A DNA stretch of 63,430 bases, counting the filler, from Folioceros fuciformis (Eukaryota): assembly GCA_049999805.1 (NCBI GenBank). It is 11 parts of 11 records of this genome, joined end to end, with 100 filler letters (N's around TTAATTAATTAA, not from the genome) between each part and the next. Parts side by side here need not be neighbours in the genome. Positions count along the whole stretch, not along the records: positions 61,043 to 63,430 come from JBNGIO010001544.1; 10 more parts are not named here. The stretch is one strand, 5' to 3'. Position numbers and translations under genes: made by a program. The notes under the pieces are model-generated. The model did no database searches and had not been told where the DNA came from. It saw only the letters and a program-made list of their open reading frames with translations. Shown here piece by piece: positions 63,361 through 63,430 of the stretch (its first letter is position 1; every line of letters begins with the position of its first letter).

Positions 63361-63430
63361 CTAAGTGCAAATTAATGTATTTCAAAATCATTAATATATA
63401 TATATTTATCACTCTAGCCAAGCAAGCTAG

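Overview
This is eukaryotic nuclear DNA from a land plant with flagellated sperm (bryophyte, lycophyte or fern grade). The inference rests on PsaF, stromal HSP70, an RLK and NPC occurring together with the ciliary gene IFT144/WDR19; short introns would fit a hornwort-like genome, but that is not proven. The window is 11 contigs joined by artificial 100-nt spacers (N44-TTAATTAATTAA-N44), so adjacency across spacers is not evidence of linkage. Host genes: an intronless ~2650-aa SABRE/KIP (BLTP2), a divergent F-box protein, DEAD-box helicase RH22, a non-RD receptor-like kinase, PsaF, cpHsc70, non-specific phospholipase C, a TEX2-type PH-SMP protein, HMA1, IFT144, tRNA-Ser(CGA) and a damaged tRNA-Leu(CAG). 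Mobile DNA: several nested Ty1/Copia pieces, a Ty3/Gypsy pol, two CRE-like RLE non-LTR remnants, a pogo-like MITE and many minisatellites. The most notable observations are (1) two related Copia elements with extra coding sequence upstream of gag, (2) an 8-kb intronless SABRE among intron-rich genes, (3) a CRE-like retroelement whose 3' repeat block abuts a tRNA gene, and (4) a minisatellite derived from the kinase's own C-terminal coding sequence. All family assignments come from motif recognition; no database search was run.
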